Below are positions 1-12,930 of a stretch of DNA of 64,000 nucleotides, in pieces; within the stretch, counting starts at the first letter, position 1; every line of letters starts with the position of its first letter. Location: NCBI GenBank assembly GCA_002633005.1, contig NMRA01000403.1, positions 272,309 through 336,308 of the forward strand, written 5' to 3'. This DNA is from Phoronis australis (taxonomy: Eukaryota; Animalia; Phoronida). The notes below the pieces were generated by a model. It had not been told where the DNA came from, did no database searches, and saw only the letters and a program-made list of their open reading frames with translations. Both the position numbers and the translations under genes were made by a program.

Positions 1-1078
1 AGCACGATTTTCTGTAAAATGATCGTAATTTAGCAGCTAAGTTTGATAGCAATGCACCACAGTTTTGTTGGAAGTCTTTCATAGATTACAGATACGTCAA
101 AGAACGTAAATTAGATGAATCTTAGCTTCCGATTTCACCCGTTTCGGAGACCGGGTTTCAACCGCCTTGGGTTATAATAAGGGCCCCCCTTAAACCGAAC
201 TTTTCTAAGCGCCCTGGGCGGTTATTACGGCGAATACGGTAACTGTGCTTTGCCACCTAGAGGCCGTTTTCTATCTCAGTGGTCTACTTTATGACTTTTT
301 TGTTTACTTTGCACCTGCATAAATTCCAGACTCGTTGTCATCAAAGTCAGAAGGCAGCCAAGCAGTAAGTTTTTCTGTTTTTCATGCTTTTTAAAATTAG
401 TTTTCTTGACTTTGTACTATTATTATTATTTACTAGTTGTGCCAGGAGACATGACACATTAGCTGCCATCAATTTAATGGTGTCTGGTCTGTTAGCTCCC
501 TCTATTGGCACGTTACTACAACATTAACAGGTTATGATTTTAAATGACTTATTCTTAGTGAAATGACCTTGGCCAAAAATTCAATGTCAGGTGCCTATTC
601 ATGAAGGTATGATATTTACACTGTACCATGAGACCTGGCAATTGAGGTACTATCAATTAATTCGCTAGGATGAATATTTGTTTCACAATTGATCAAAATG
701 TTCTCAGATTGTATCCAGCTAACTTTGTAACATTGCATCTCAGAAATCGCTTTCACATTTATTTATTATTAATGTAATATTTACTATGAGGGTAGCCCCA
801 TCAGTTAACACTGCTTTCCATGGGGGCCCTCAGTAAAAACATACAAAGACAATTAAAGACAAACTAACAGAATTACAAATTATACAAAATTTAAATAATC
901 AGTGACGAATAACATGGAAAACTGATGAAACAAAATGGATCATAAAAATAATAAATAGAAGATACTTGTCGCATTATATCCAGGTTCTCATTGGGCCCCT
1001 TGCATACAATATCACTAACTGAGACTAAGCCTAGAGTGTACTAGTCAGTGTGTGACATTAACTTTGTGTTGGTTCCAG

Positions 1079-1199
1079 AGCTTTAGTGCAGGTGGATCAA
1101 GACCACAATGCCCAGTACATCTCTCATGGAGCCACGGGTAAGGGGAACGATCAAATACGCTTTGAACTCTGCTGTTACGCCTTGTACCCTAACTGTGAG
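1079..1199 (+). CDS. ASS1: ASS1 coding exon 4 ([41 protein letters not shown])
   Basis: ccag acceptor and gtaggt donor. Contains the [14 protein letters not shown] signature. Its first base completes the AA codon left by the minus-strand exon 3. Confidence 0.96.
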
Positions 1200-1617
1200 G
1201 TAGGTGTGGGATGTCGGCTGATTATAACTTGGTACAAAAAGTAAAACAATGCTGGTGTGATTTTTTACAGTAATATGAAAAAAATTGACAAATTAATATT
1301 TTCTATTTGAAAATCAACAAAACGATTGAGAGAAAATATTTCGTTTTTGTTAGTATGATCAAATCTTTACTTCTGAAGACTGCTGTACTTCAACACTGTT
1401 GTTAGGTTGTATTATATTAAGCATTGCAACGAGTAATTACCACCAATTTCAGCTACAGTAAATATTCTCCAGTTCAGAACTCTCGCAGAAATTTGGGACA
1501 TGGATTTTCAAGCTGAAGTGACATTTTCTTGAGTCTGAAAATAGGGACATGGGTGATTTCACCTTTCATATTTTGTTTTTAGTTTTGGGACACTGGGTTT
1601 TGCATTGAATCTGAAAG

Positions 1618-1836
1618 CTTTAAAAAAATATGAGCACAGCCCATAAATCGCTTTTGTGTTGCCGGCATCCAGGTTCTCATTCACTCCCTTGCACACGTTC
1701 ACAAGTGAGACCGAGCTCAGAGGAATAGGATACACCTTTGTGCAAAGCTCAAATCTCAGCCAGTGAAGCCAGCATTTTAACCCAGGTCTCCCACGTGGGA
1801 ACCCGGTGCTCTAACCATTGAGTCACACTGTCTCCT
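1618..1836 (-). mobile_element. tRNA-derived SINE with 15-bp TSD
   Basis: Head gtgtgactcaatggttagagcacc (A-box-like). Flanked by the direct repeat cattgaatctgaaag (1603-1617 and 1837-1851). A related fragment lies at about 977-1040. Confidence 0.7.
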
Positions 1837-3128
1837 CATTGAATCTGAAAGTCATTAGACTCGGATGTTTACAAAATTCTGGAAACTGGTCGCTACGCAA
1901 CGTCTTCATCCATCCCCTTTGTGTGCAAAAGTGAATGGCACTTGTTGCCGACTGTGATTCTTGACTTTAGACAATATCCAGCCTTGAGCAAAATAATTGA
2001 TTTTTCAAAGTTTTTTCCCAATCTGGAGAATTCCTGCTTTTTACGCGATGGTACTTGAATGGCTGAAGTCAAAAGGCAAACCTTTCTAAATCTTGACCAA
2101 CAAGCACAAGCTACCGATGACCAAAACTGTGCAAGATTTTACGGATAGCAAAAAATGAAATTCAGTTAGCAACTACTCAAGTTGAATGCAGGAAGGCGTA
2201 TAAACTAATGAATACACAGAAGTGTCCAGAGTTCATGCCCTAGCTCATTTCGTGACAATGGTTCAGATACCATAGTTACTCTTCTAATTTGTCTCTCTAG
2301 TGTTTTGACACACCTTATAGATAAATGTTCTATAAGAAGAATCGTTAAAAAATAGCAACTCATGTATATAGCGTGCACAACACAAGAGGAGGCTCAGCAC
2401 AGGCAGCCCTACGGTAACACATTACCTAGGTGTGCACATGCACGGTGCTATTTTGGGATTGTACTTGGGGCAAGTGAATTTGTTGTTCGGGCAGGTAAAA
2501 ATTTCAACTACTTGCCCGAGGGGCAAGTGGCTTAAAAAGATAATGTTGAGCCCTGATATAGGTTTGTTTGGTAAGTGAATAGCAAGTCTATATTCATCTG
2601 GCCAAAACTTAACTTACACTGCACTGATGCCTTTTTGAATTGGTCATTGGAATGTTTGGAATATTTTATTTCTAGCAATCTTAAGTTTTTCATTCAGTTC
2701 AACATAGTTTTTGTTACTCATACTTTGCAGGGGGTAAAATGTCACCAATTATGGTAACAAGTCTCCAAGTTAGAACACAGTGAAAAATTAATTATTTTAT
2801 TCAAGATTGGATCTGTATCAACTTTAGAAATACTAATATTAGCCATCCCTAACTTACAAAAAAGATGTTAGTTTTGTTGGCAGCTGTTTTTGACAATTTT
2901 ACGGTTCAGACTTTACAATCATGTATAATAGAGTCCCATTCTTCAGAATCCATTTTGGCTGGAATTTCAGTGTCACAAGTTCTAGAGACTACCAAACTAG
3001 AGAATCTATACTGTACTACTTTGTGTTGCGAATCAAAAGCTTCCAGCGAATGCTTTTTGGCAAATTTTATGTCACAATCTGACATTGGGCAACTAATAAA
3101 GAAAAAGAAATTTGGCGCCCTGCAAATT

Positions 3129-3371
3129 CAGGGCTTGGAAATTTCCTCTTTTAAGAGGATTGAAATCTTTTTTGGTTTTGATTTCCTCTTATTTGATTTC
3201 TGATTTCCTCTTTCTTCTTCTCTTTTTTATCCTTATTTTGACTTCATTCACGTAAAATCGTTTTTTCAGTTAAATTTCACAACACAAAAAATATTTCTAT
3301 GGCACAAGCCTCTACATGTACACCACCTAGAAAACTTTTCTCTTTTTAGTCATTTGTCATTCCAAGCCTTG
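3129..3371. mobile_element. hAT-like MITE with 5-bp TSD
   Basis: TIRs CAGGGCTTGGAA and TTCCAAGCCTTG. TSD aaatt on both sides. Confidence 0.65.
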
Positions 3372-3690
3372 AAATTGTTGCCATGACATTAATGATCTAC
3401 TAAATCTGTAGGAATTTGCTGCCTCAAAATCACTCCAATTTCGGACAAAAATAGTACTGCTGTCAAATTGGCCCTTTTTAAATTTTTAGAAGGGGTTTGA
3501 AACAGTTGCAAAAATGCCCATAAATTTTCAAAATATTGTTTGGTGATAGCTGTGGTATAGAGTTTGAACATTGAAAAGGTAACCTGCAGTCTGTCCAGCT
3601 GTGTAGTTTGGTATGTGTAGCCTGTGTTATTCATGGTTGGTGCAGGTAATTGTGGTTATTGATTGACAAGTCATTGACATTTCTTCCCAG

Positions 3691-3775
3691 GTGTAGCAGT
3701 GTCGGTCAAGAACCTTAACGACGGTTGTGTCGTGAACGATGCGCTTGATCTTTTCCTGTACTTAAATACCATTGG
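3691..3775 (+). CDS. ASS1: ASS1 internal exon (G-VAVSVKNLNDGCVVNDALDLFLYLNTI-G)
   Basis: Bounded by ttcccag and gtaat, 85 nt, phase 1-2. Aligns to ASS1 VPVKVTNVKDG...LELFMYLNEVA. Confidence 0.92.
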
Positions 3776-4546
3776 GTAATGTTTTGAGTTTCCCTAATTG
3801 TATCGTATTTTTCGTTTCTGTGTAATGGTACTGTTCACTTATTTTAGCACACACAATGTGTTGGACAAGACGAATTTTGTTGCGTCACATATTTGTGACA
3901 AAGGATGCATGGATGGGAATAAAGTCAAATCCTGTTTAAATCTCTCTGAGTATGGTCTACATTCTACTGTTATTATAAAAAGGACACTCGTTGACAATAT
4001 TTTCAGAAAGGAGATCAATCTTTGAAAAATTAATAAAATTATAATTTTGGCAGTTCATTTTTTTTGATATTGAAATAGTTGGAAAATAACGCATTAAACA
4101 GAGTTTTGAGGTCTCTTTCTATGCCCTTACGAAAAAGAAAGTGAGAATCTCACTGGATTCCAGTTAGATTCCAGTTAGATTTTCACTAAATCACCAATTN
4201 AACTTGTTCACTGCCTTGGGAGTTGACTCACAAGTTGACCAATCACATTGTGTGGAGTTTGAAAGTTTACTAATTTGGAACGTGATTCACAATCGGTCAC
4301 TTTTTGAGTCGAAACTCAAATGAAATTTAACAGTGGTACATGCTACGATCTTTCAAAAAAGACATCATCTGTCAACCCTTCATTTTATATTAAATAGTAC
4401 ATGGTCACCAAATTGGCTTAATATTCATTTGCGCATCAATATTTGATGTATTTCATGGATCAGTTTGTTCAGAAGCTAAAATAACTGCTCTAAATTTCCT
4501 TAAAATTCTAATTCTTAAGCCGTCGCTGTTCTGATTTTGTTTGCAG

Positions 4547-4611
4547 TGGAAAGCATGGTGTTGGGCGCATTGATATTGTTGAGAACAGATTCATTGGCAT
4601 GAAGTCACGAG
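4547..4611 (+). CDS. ASS1: ASS1 internal exon ([21 protein letters not shown])
   Basis: Bounded by ttgcag and gtaaat, 65 nt. Near-invariant ASS motif. Confidence 0.97.
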
Positions 4612-5070
4612 GTAAATTAAAGTCGCATCCACCTGGTGGTCAGATTTACATTTTGCTTCATTTGGCGTGCATGCAACTATTAATTATTTCAATTTGTAAC
4701 ACGCTTCTGAAAGTCCTAAGTATCGCAATTTTCCAAAACTTGAGGAACATCTCAGCTCACAGTTTTTTTGTTTCTTATAACTAATGGTCTTCATTTCTTG
4801 TCAAATGCCTTCAATTTTTTTGGATTCCGCTGTAAGTTTGGTGACTCTCGTCAAATTTTTCGTCTTGTTTGTAAACTCTGTGCTTCAGTCGGTGACAGGA
4901 TGACCTTTATAAGCTGTGTTGCTCACTGCTTCTTGGGTCTTAATGTAATATACAGATTCTGAAGTTTTCAAAAGAAATTAGAAATTTGCGTTGATCAACA
5001 CTCGTCGCAATATAGCCTGAATTGAAGAAACATGGTACAGTCAAAAAGACTGATATTTTCGCATGGCTTT

Positions 5071-6018
5071 GTGTGTTGAACCTTTGTCAAATATAAACGT
5101 GCTGTTTATTTTGAAAACTAAGCTGTTGCCAAGTTTACATCTGTTCATATTATACAAAAGCTATGTATTGTTCCTTGTTAGTAAGTCAATAATCAGTTAT
5201 GATTAACTAGAGAATGGAAACTGAAATTTAGTAATTTTTAATATTACATTAATTTTTAAGTCTGGTCTGCACACCACATCGCGTGACCAAATGAACATTA
5301 GTCTGAAAAGATTTCAGTCCCCGACCGGGACTCGAACCCAGGACCCTCTGGCAGAGTCTGCTAACCATGCATACGCTTTAGCCAGTGGCCAATAGGTGGT
5401 GTGCAGACCAGACTTCAAAATGTTTGTGATCTATATTTCCGTTACGGCTGAAGATTTACATATTCATAGCCTTTTACTGTGATTATTAGTTATTTGTAGA
5501 ATGCTGCTTTTTCTGTGCTTAATTAATAAGTAACTTTACAATTATGTGAACCTTGAATTTNGTGTGTTGAACCTTTGTCAAATATCAACGTGCTGTTTAT
5601 TTTGAAAACTAAGCTGTTGCCAAGTTTACATCTGTTCGTATTATACAAAAGCTATGTATTGTTCCTTGTTTGTAAGTCAATAATCAATTATGACTAACTA
5701 GGGAATGGAAACTGAAATTTAGTAATTTTTAATATTACATTAATTTTATGTCTGGTCTGCACGCCACATCGCGTGACCAAATGAACATTAGTCTGAAAAG
5801 ATTTCAGTCCCTGACCAGGACTCGAACCCAGGACCCTCTGCTAACCATGCAGACGCTTTAGCCAGTGGCCAAGAGGTGGTGTGCAGACCAGACTTCAAAA
5901 TGTTTGTGATCTATATTTCCATTACGGTTGAAGATTTACATATTTATAGCCTTTTAATGAGATTATTGGTTATTTGTAGAATGCTGCTTTTTCTGTGCTT
6001 AATTAATTATAAGTAACT
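5071..6018. repeat. Tandem near-identical duplication across the N at 5561 (probable two-haplotype overlap)
   Basis: 5071-~5535 is repeated at 5562-~6018 with SNPs and a 10-bp indel. Confidence 0.85.
5258..5467 (-). mobile_element. Interspersed element with a tRNA-like core between 20-bp inverted repeats (copies at ~5749-5950 and ~18975-19237)
   Basis: aagtctggtctgcacaccac (5258-5277) and its perfect complement (5396-5415) enclose a B-box GGTTCGAGTCCC on the minus strand. Confidence 0.65.
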
Positions 6019-6040
6019 CAGTACCCCATTACTGATGCAG

Positions 6041-6172
6041 GTGTCTATGAGACCCCTGGTGGTACCATCCTGTACCAGGCTCACCTGGACATAGAGGCAT
6101 TCTGCCTGGATAAAGAGGTGCGCCGACTAAAACAGTACCTGGGCACAAGGTTTTCGGAGCAGGTGTACCAAG
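6041..6172 (+). CDS. ASS1: ASS1 internal exon ([44 protein letters not shown])
   Basis: Bounded by gcag and gtaatt, 132 nt. Contains the YETPGGTIL motif. Confidence 0.97.
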
Positions 6173-6619
6173 GTAATTGCTTTCTTGCAGGTTGGAATTA
6201 TCCTGTTTAAACTCAGGATATCTCACAAGGTCAGAGGAGCCTGTTTGAGTTATGCAACATGTCTGGGTCATGATCTTGTACATTGCTCTATTATGCAAAG
6301 TAAACATTTGGGATGTTGAATTGCTCCAGCAAAGTTACAGTCTAGACAGCAACTCCCAAACTATCCCAGTGGGAGACTGGGTTGTATGACTGAAGTGCTG
6401 AAGCCGATCTCGCTGTCCCATTGGAAAGCTTGGCTTTGCTGAAGTCAAGATTGTGGACGTTTTTTCTAAAGGTTACTAAACCTATTGGAGACTACATTGA
6501 AAATTTTCATGACTGCACGTTATCCTTACTGCTAGTAATACACTCTTCTCTGTGACTTGCTAGCAATTGATAACGAATTGTTGGGCTAATTTTACTGTGA
6601 GCTTCATTTCATTTTTAAA

Positions 6620-7067
6620 TTAAAAACCAGACAATAGCCGCACAGATAAAAAAGTTCATGTTCAATTCAACGTTTCATCTTTATCATTAGACATCATCAA
6701 AATCATATTTACAACAATATAGGACACCAAGTGCCAACAATCACCAAGCTAATTCAGTTAGTATTATCTGCAGAGAACCTAATAAGGAGTTACTGTACAT
6801 TAAAGAGTCATTGGCCATTCAGAACCAGCATGCCACTGATACTCTGAATAACACGCAGAGCTCAGTGACCCTGCGACTATGGTGATGACCAGCTTCTGGC
6901 TATATTCCCTGTATCTCTCACATAACTTTATAGATGTTACCGGAACTGTATCTTGGCACTTGTCCTAAATTGTTGTAAATATGATCCTGATGATGTCTAA
7001 TGAAAAGACGAAACGTTGAATTGAACATGAACTTTTTTATTTGTGTGGCGATCGTCCGGTTTATAAT
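6620..7067. mobile_element. Inverted repeat pair (~115-bp arms), probably Penelope-like element derived
   Basis: 6620-6737 is the imperfect reverse complement of 6953-7067. The right arm has a CTGATGA...GAAAC hammerhead-like core. Confidence 0.6.
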
Positions 7068-7244
7068 CTTATTGTGGCCAAAAACTGATTTAATTAATTT
7101 TTAAATTCATGGTGATGGGCTTCCAGTTGATGCTGTTTTATTGTATTCTGCAGTTGTAACGTCATTTAATATTTCATAACCTTGTGTAATATTTTGATTT
7201 AACAACTATGCACCTTATGTTCAATAAAAAAACGTTTGTAACCA

Positions 7245-8140
7245 TTTTATGCACCCACATATTTACATGTATATGAGGGTGCATATTGCTGACATATCTG
7301 TCTGGGCGCCCAGATTGTATCTCCTAAACCCCTCGCAGGATCTTACTGAAATTTGGCAGGTGTGTTCTTGTGGGGTTGATGACAGAGGGTGACGAGTTNC
7401 ATATTTACATGTATATGAGGGTGCATATTGCTGACATATCTGTCTGGGCGCCCAGATTGTATCTCCTAAACCCCTCGCAGGATCTTACTGAAATTTGGCA
7501 GGTGTGTTCTTGTGGGGTTGATGACAGAGGGTGACGAGTTTCGCAAGATCCCAAATACCGCTGTGCCCCCTGGTGGCAATTTTATTTTTTTCCGTGTACC
7601 TCTATATCTTTAAGGGTCCTTAATGGATTTTCATAAAATTTGGAATATAGGCATCTATTGGCGAGATGACGCTATCCTTCTGTCTTCGGATTGAATCGAT
7701 GTATTTTGCACCACCTAATGTCCATTTTTGCCGTTTTTGAGTCCACCCCTCTGTCAAGCCAACCATTCTAAAGGATGATTGTGAAAACTGGCAGACATGT
7801 TCTTTATAGTAAGAAGAGGATGGTTGACAATGATTTTCAGACGACTTTGCTGTGGCACCTCTTGGTGGCAGTTTTGTTCATTTCTACGCTTCTTAAACCT
7901 ACTGCAGGATCTTTATGAAATTTAGCACGTGTATTTATATGAGAGTGACAACGGTCGAGGATGACTTTCACTCAAATCCGGCAAACGCTGTGCCCCTTAG
8001 TGGCAATTGTTTTTTTTTTCTATTTTCCAGTTTGCTTCTCTGAAGTTTGACAGATGGCTTTGATGTATTTTGCATTATCTAGTGGCCATTTTTATGATAC
8101 AGAAGCATACCATTAGCAAATGCTTCACGTTGCTCTTGTT
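7245..8140 (-). mobile_element. Helentron/HINE-like non-autonomous element (same family as 46787-48435)
   Basis: Shared 5' terminus aacaagagcaacg. 3' hairpin tatgcacccacatat...atatgagggtgcata (7248-7285). Internal repeats are homologous. 7260-7398 is duplicated across N7399 as an assembly overlap. Confidence 0.65.
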
Positions 8141-8569
8141 ATTGATAATGAAAATCAATGCATACTGTATACATGTGTGAGATACTAGTCCTCTAATCTA
8201 GAAAGTGTTACGTACTAGACGATTGATTACCTGCTTACTTAGCTGCCAGTTGATTTTGAATAGACGCTACACATATATCTATGATAAAATGAACATCTAG
8301 CAGGTTAAAATATTACTAAAATGATGTCGTCTAGAGAAATTGTGTGCTGTATGATCGCTATCCCACAGCCCTTTGTTAAAATGACATCTCTCGTTGTCTG
8401 TAAAAGGTCAAATAGGTTCATTATTTTAAGGAGCTGTTTTTACAACTCCTGGTTGGGTGTTCAGTGTACAGTATGTTATAATTTATATATGAATATTTGG
8501 GAAATGGAGAATGACAATTTTAATTAGCAATTGCCCTAAATTGATAAATATTTACCCTCTGCATGTTAG

Positions 8570-8726
8570 GTTTCTGGTACAGCCCTGAGTGTGAGTACAC
8601 TAGACGATGTATCGACATGAGTCAGGAGAGCGTAGATGGGAAAGTGACCTTGTCTGTGTTTAAAGGTCAAGTGTACATCAACAGCAGGGAGTCACCCAAC
8701 TCCTTGTACAGCCAAGAGCTTGTCAG
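8570..8726 (+). CDS. ASS1: ASS1 internal exon ([52 protein letters not shown])
   Basis: Bounded by ttag and gtaaga, 157 nt. Contains the GFWxSPE and RESPxSLY motifs. Confidence 0.97.
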
Positions 8727-9032
8727 GTAAGAACGTGCATCACTGTGGCCTTGTGGGATGCTTACATTTGAGGTCGCTTTGTGGGTTGCTCAGGCAAATG
8801 TGGTATGCCTTGTAGGGTGAAAATTGTAGCGATTTCTTTCTGATGAGCGGTGAAACTATAGGAAAGCTGGACCTCTCATTTTGACAATTCGATCTCATAC
8901 ATTGTCCTTACAAAGGCGAAACTTTATTTCTGTTACCACAAAGATGATTTAGAGCAGTGCAATAAATTTATATTTAATTTATTGTATGTTGTCAAACATC
9001 ATCTAAGTAATTATTATGATTCATTTTGACAG

Positions 9033-9051
9033 CATGGATGTACAGGGCGAC
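9033..9051 (+). CDS. ASS1: ASS1 next exon, truncated by the N at 9052 (S-MDVQGD...)
   Basis: ttttgacag acceptor in the correct phase. Matches SMNVQGD. Sequence after the N is unrelated. Confidence 0.85.
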
Positions 9052-11189
9052 NATTCTTCTGTGGTCAGCTGCAACGAGACCTGCAATTTTTTTGGAACGG
9101 TGCTTAAAAGAACTTCCAGCATGAGAGCGCTTTGTCAGAAATGCCAAGCACATGCAGCGTTGTAAGACAGAGACGTTTTCGTTTCTTTATGTAAACAGAA
9201 GTGCTTTGAGCAGCATGTAGAACGGTTCATTTCGCATTTCTACACGAATATGGCGAACACGGTGTTTTAAAAAAGTCCATTTTTGAGGGCATTTTAAAAA
9301 ATTAACATGTTTGGTTGATGCATTCAGTCAGTGCCACGTTGTGCGTCAAATGTAGGTGAGAGTTACCGGTTCCATACAACTTATCACCGTCGTACCACGT
9401 CATTTCCCGCCAAACTACGGCCCGTCAATGAATGTATATTGTGTTTATTGAAATACCTTTAGGCAATCATTAGTTTTAGCAGAATTATTAAAGATTGACT
9501 TGTGGCAACATTGCGTAGCGTTTTAAGACGCATGTTCATATTGTCGTCATTCAGCATTTAATTCCTAAATCCAACAGCGCCAACCCAACGGATATTTGTC
9601 AAGTTCGATATATTTAACCCTCCTCTTGTTGCAACAACTAACTACACATGGTTTCTAGAACGTTCTGATGTTTCAATTTAGTAAGTTTATCAATTATAAC
9701 AGACGAAACGTGATGTAATTACAGAAATTTATAAGTAGTAATAGAAACATGGCTGCAGAACGCGATTAAACTGGAACCCTCTGGTACAACACTTCGGGGC
9801 AGCAGGTGGCACCAGTAGATTATTAATTAAAATGCGTTTGCCTGACTTACTTGAATGAATCTATGTAATATTTCTGATGCTAAAATGTTTAGTGCCAATC
9901 ATCACGAATTGTGTCGCCTCTCCCTCCTCTTCTCCGGAGAGGGTTTCGCACGAGACAAATCTCCCTCCATCCTAGCTACACGTACGCCCTTCAGGATGTT
10001 CACAGAAGTCCGTGCCCTGACTGTCGCATACTTCTGTATGCATTATACATTGCTCCTTGCTAGTTCAAAGGCTTAGTTTTGCCCCTTATATTTACCGTCA
10101 ATCTTAATGAACTTGTACGTAAAAGTTCGTCTTCTTCACTGTCTTAATCATATTTTCCTTAGAATACATGTAAGTAATGCTTGTGTTAAAATCTTGCACC
10201 TCCATTTTGGTTGATATGAATTTTGATGAAACTGATCATCATTCACATATCAGTCTGATCATCGTGAAAAGTTCGTATAAATTATTAGGGCTGATGAAAA
10301 AACTTAGATCTTATATTACACCTTTCGTTAATATTAATTCTTATCAACGTGTTATAACATGTCATACCATTCTTAGAAATAGTCGAAATTATTCTATTAT
10401 AAAGAATCATTTGTAATAAATTTCATGAACCATAATTGATTGTGTACACCTGTCGTGCACGACCAGACAAAGTGCCTGTGTACACTTGTCCTGCACGGGC
10501 AGATATACATGTATATAGAGGGACAAAGGGACATTTCCCCCGAACTGCTCCACCGAGAGAGGGTACCGTCTGAAATGGGACACCTTAAGATGAAAGGGTA
10601 AACACCATTAAGCTTGGAAAAACGTGACAGTTCATTCCACCCTCGTGTGGTCCCAAAACAATGTAGGGAGTGACCTCCTCCACCATGAAAGCACGATTTC
10701 ACAAAAAAAGGAAAATAGAGGTAAACGATTCCAACATTGGGCCTTTTCACCGTGAGCGGCCCCGTAAGAATTTCTTAATAAACACACAAAAAGATGGCCA
10801 CTTGCATGTCGTCAATGACCTCCTTCAAACGAGAAGCCCCTAAATATGAAAATATCTATATTTTCAAATATCAGGAAATGCGCAGCAATTAATGTTATCT
10901 GTCAGGTCATCAATTTTTCTCAAGTGATATACAGTTTAGAGAAAAAAATAAAGCAAAAGTTGTCTCCGTTATCCCTTGCCAGAAAGGGGCTTCTAGAAAA
11001 ATACGGTTTTGCATTCCCAAAATTAACAGATTGAATTTAAACATCCATTAAATTAGTACGCTCTGCAAAAGCTTCGCTTTACAAATTCTCTCTTGCCTTT
11101 AGACAATCTGTGCTGCAAAAGTTAAGACCCTAATGACAGTGTCCTGGCCAGGGTCCTCAAAAGGTAAACCATGCACTGATGCAGATAAT

Positions 11190-11898
11190 TTTGTTACTTG
11201 GCGGAAGAATGTTGCTCTGACAGCAAGTTTTTTTTTTTTACTTGGCGGAATTCTTCCGCCAAGTATGTTGCTCTGACAGCAAGTTTTTTTTTTTTTGTTT
11301 GTTCGCTCTCTACAGGTCGCAATTCTGGTCCGATTTTCACGAAATTTGCACACAACATGTAGATCGGAAATCACTGGAATGCTATTGTTTTTGGTCATGA
11401 TCGGATACAAAATGGCGGATATGGCGGCCATTTTGTATGCGATTTCATAGTCAAATACTTGTAGAGGCCGCATTTTTCGACCTACATGGCTGAAAATCGG
11501 TACGAATATACTAGAACGCATGTGCTACAATTGTGCAGAAAATCGTTGACTTCCGGTTAAAGATGGCGGAAATATTGGACGTGGCGCATGCGCACCCCGA
11601 AATATGGCTAAAAACGTTTTCTCCTGTAGAGGGCGCAATTGCAAACCAATCACTTTCAAACTGGTCACGTGTTTGTTGAGTTTAATAAGCTTTTATAAAA
11701 AATTATTGAACCGGAAGTCACCTTCAAGATGGCGGCTGTGGGGCATGTTCACACGGTTTCAATCGCTCTGGTGTCGCATTTTTTATGGGAAGAGCAAATG
11801 ACGTGAATTTTTGCATGTGGATTCCTTGAAATATGGCCTTTCAAAAAGTCTGCGAGAGCGTATTTCTCAGACTTACCGTTTTCGAGTTATTTGACTTT
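11190..11898. mobile_element. Second Helentron/HINE-like element, running into the gap
   Basis: Terminal hairpin tacttggcggaa-ttc-ttccgccaagta, poly-T tracts, and repeated AAAATGGCGG/AAGATGGCGG blocks. Confidence 0.5.
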
Positions 11899-11993
11899 NN
11901 NNNNNNNNNNNNNNNNNNNNNNNNNNNNNNNNNNNNNNNNNNNNNNNNNNNNNNNNNNNNNNNNNNNNNNNNNNNNNNNNNNNNNNNNNNNNN
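11899..11993. other. Scaffold gap (95 N)
   Basis: Run of N separating the plus-strand and minus-strand parts of ASS1. Confidence 0.99.
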
Positions 11994-12930
11994 TTATGCC
12001 TAGTTGACCCAGACTGACCCAGCCAGCACTGTCCTACTGCAGACTGGACCGTCATGTTGCGCCATCTATTGTTCTTTATTGTAGTTGATTGTATGCTCTC
12101 AATTTGATTTCTTCGCTAGTCATATGAATGATATCGTGTTCGTCGTCTTTTCGATTAATTCCGCCAAGTGTCGCTCCTCCGAGCGCTCTCGTTTCTCTTT
12201 TATCCATTTTTCGCAGTCTTTATTTTCTCGACTGTCCCCGGCACCGCGCCTATGTGGGTTGCCACGGTTTAACCCAGATGCCTGAAAATTTTGCGGGGGC
12301 CCGTGCCCCCTCGCTTCCCCCCCCCCTTCCCCCGCTTCCTACGGCCCTGGAACTGTATGCAAATTTACTGACACATTTCAAATTCCCTGGTTGTTGATAC
12401 TTTTTTATGCATAATGTATGAAAAGTTTCACATCTAGAGTGCAAAATTATATTTCCACGACATCATTTCACGTTTAATTGTACCACGCCGTCAGCAATTC
12501 AACATAAAGTTTACGTTGGTGCAATTTCATGCAATTCATATTTGTAGGTTGATTCGATTTTACCAACTTTCTATAGGTGAACAAAAGTTGATAAACCGAT
12601 GTCAAGACCGGAGTGGCCACTGGTGAACGAACAGCAAACAGTAAAATGTTTGCTTGGCTAAAGTTCACTCGCTAAATCATAAAACGGTAATTGCCGACCG
12701 AGGACACGCATAATCCAAATTGGTCGTCTATTCTAGGCGACCACTTTGCCGACCCAAGTGCCGACCACAGAGGCGACTCAGCAGACGGCTCCTAGCAGAC
12801 CATTGTTGGTCGACTGCTGGTCGGCTAGACGGCCGGTTGTTGACCGGTCATCGACCAATTTCCGACCGGTCGGACAAAAATTCGTGATGTGTGCTGTAGG
12901 TAATGATTTTCATGTTACATAAAATCCGAG

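Noticed and set aside
2015-2060. PIWRIPAFY resembling the missing ASS1 PWRMPEFY exon
   Set aside because: No in-phase acceptor and no similarity beyond a few residues. Likely chance.
3555-3590. IEFEH*KG followed by a GT donor, resembling ASS1 IEFKKG
   Set aside because: In-frame stop, and no upstream similarity or acceptor.
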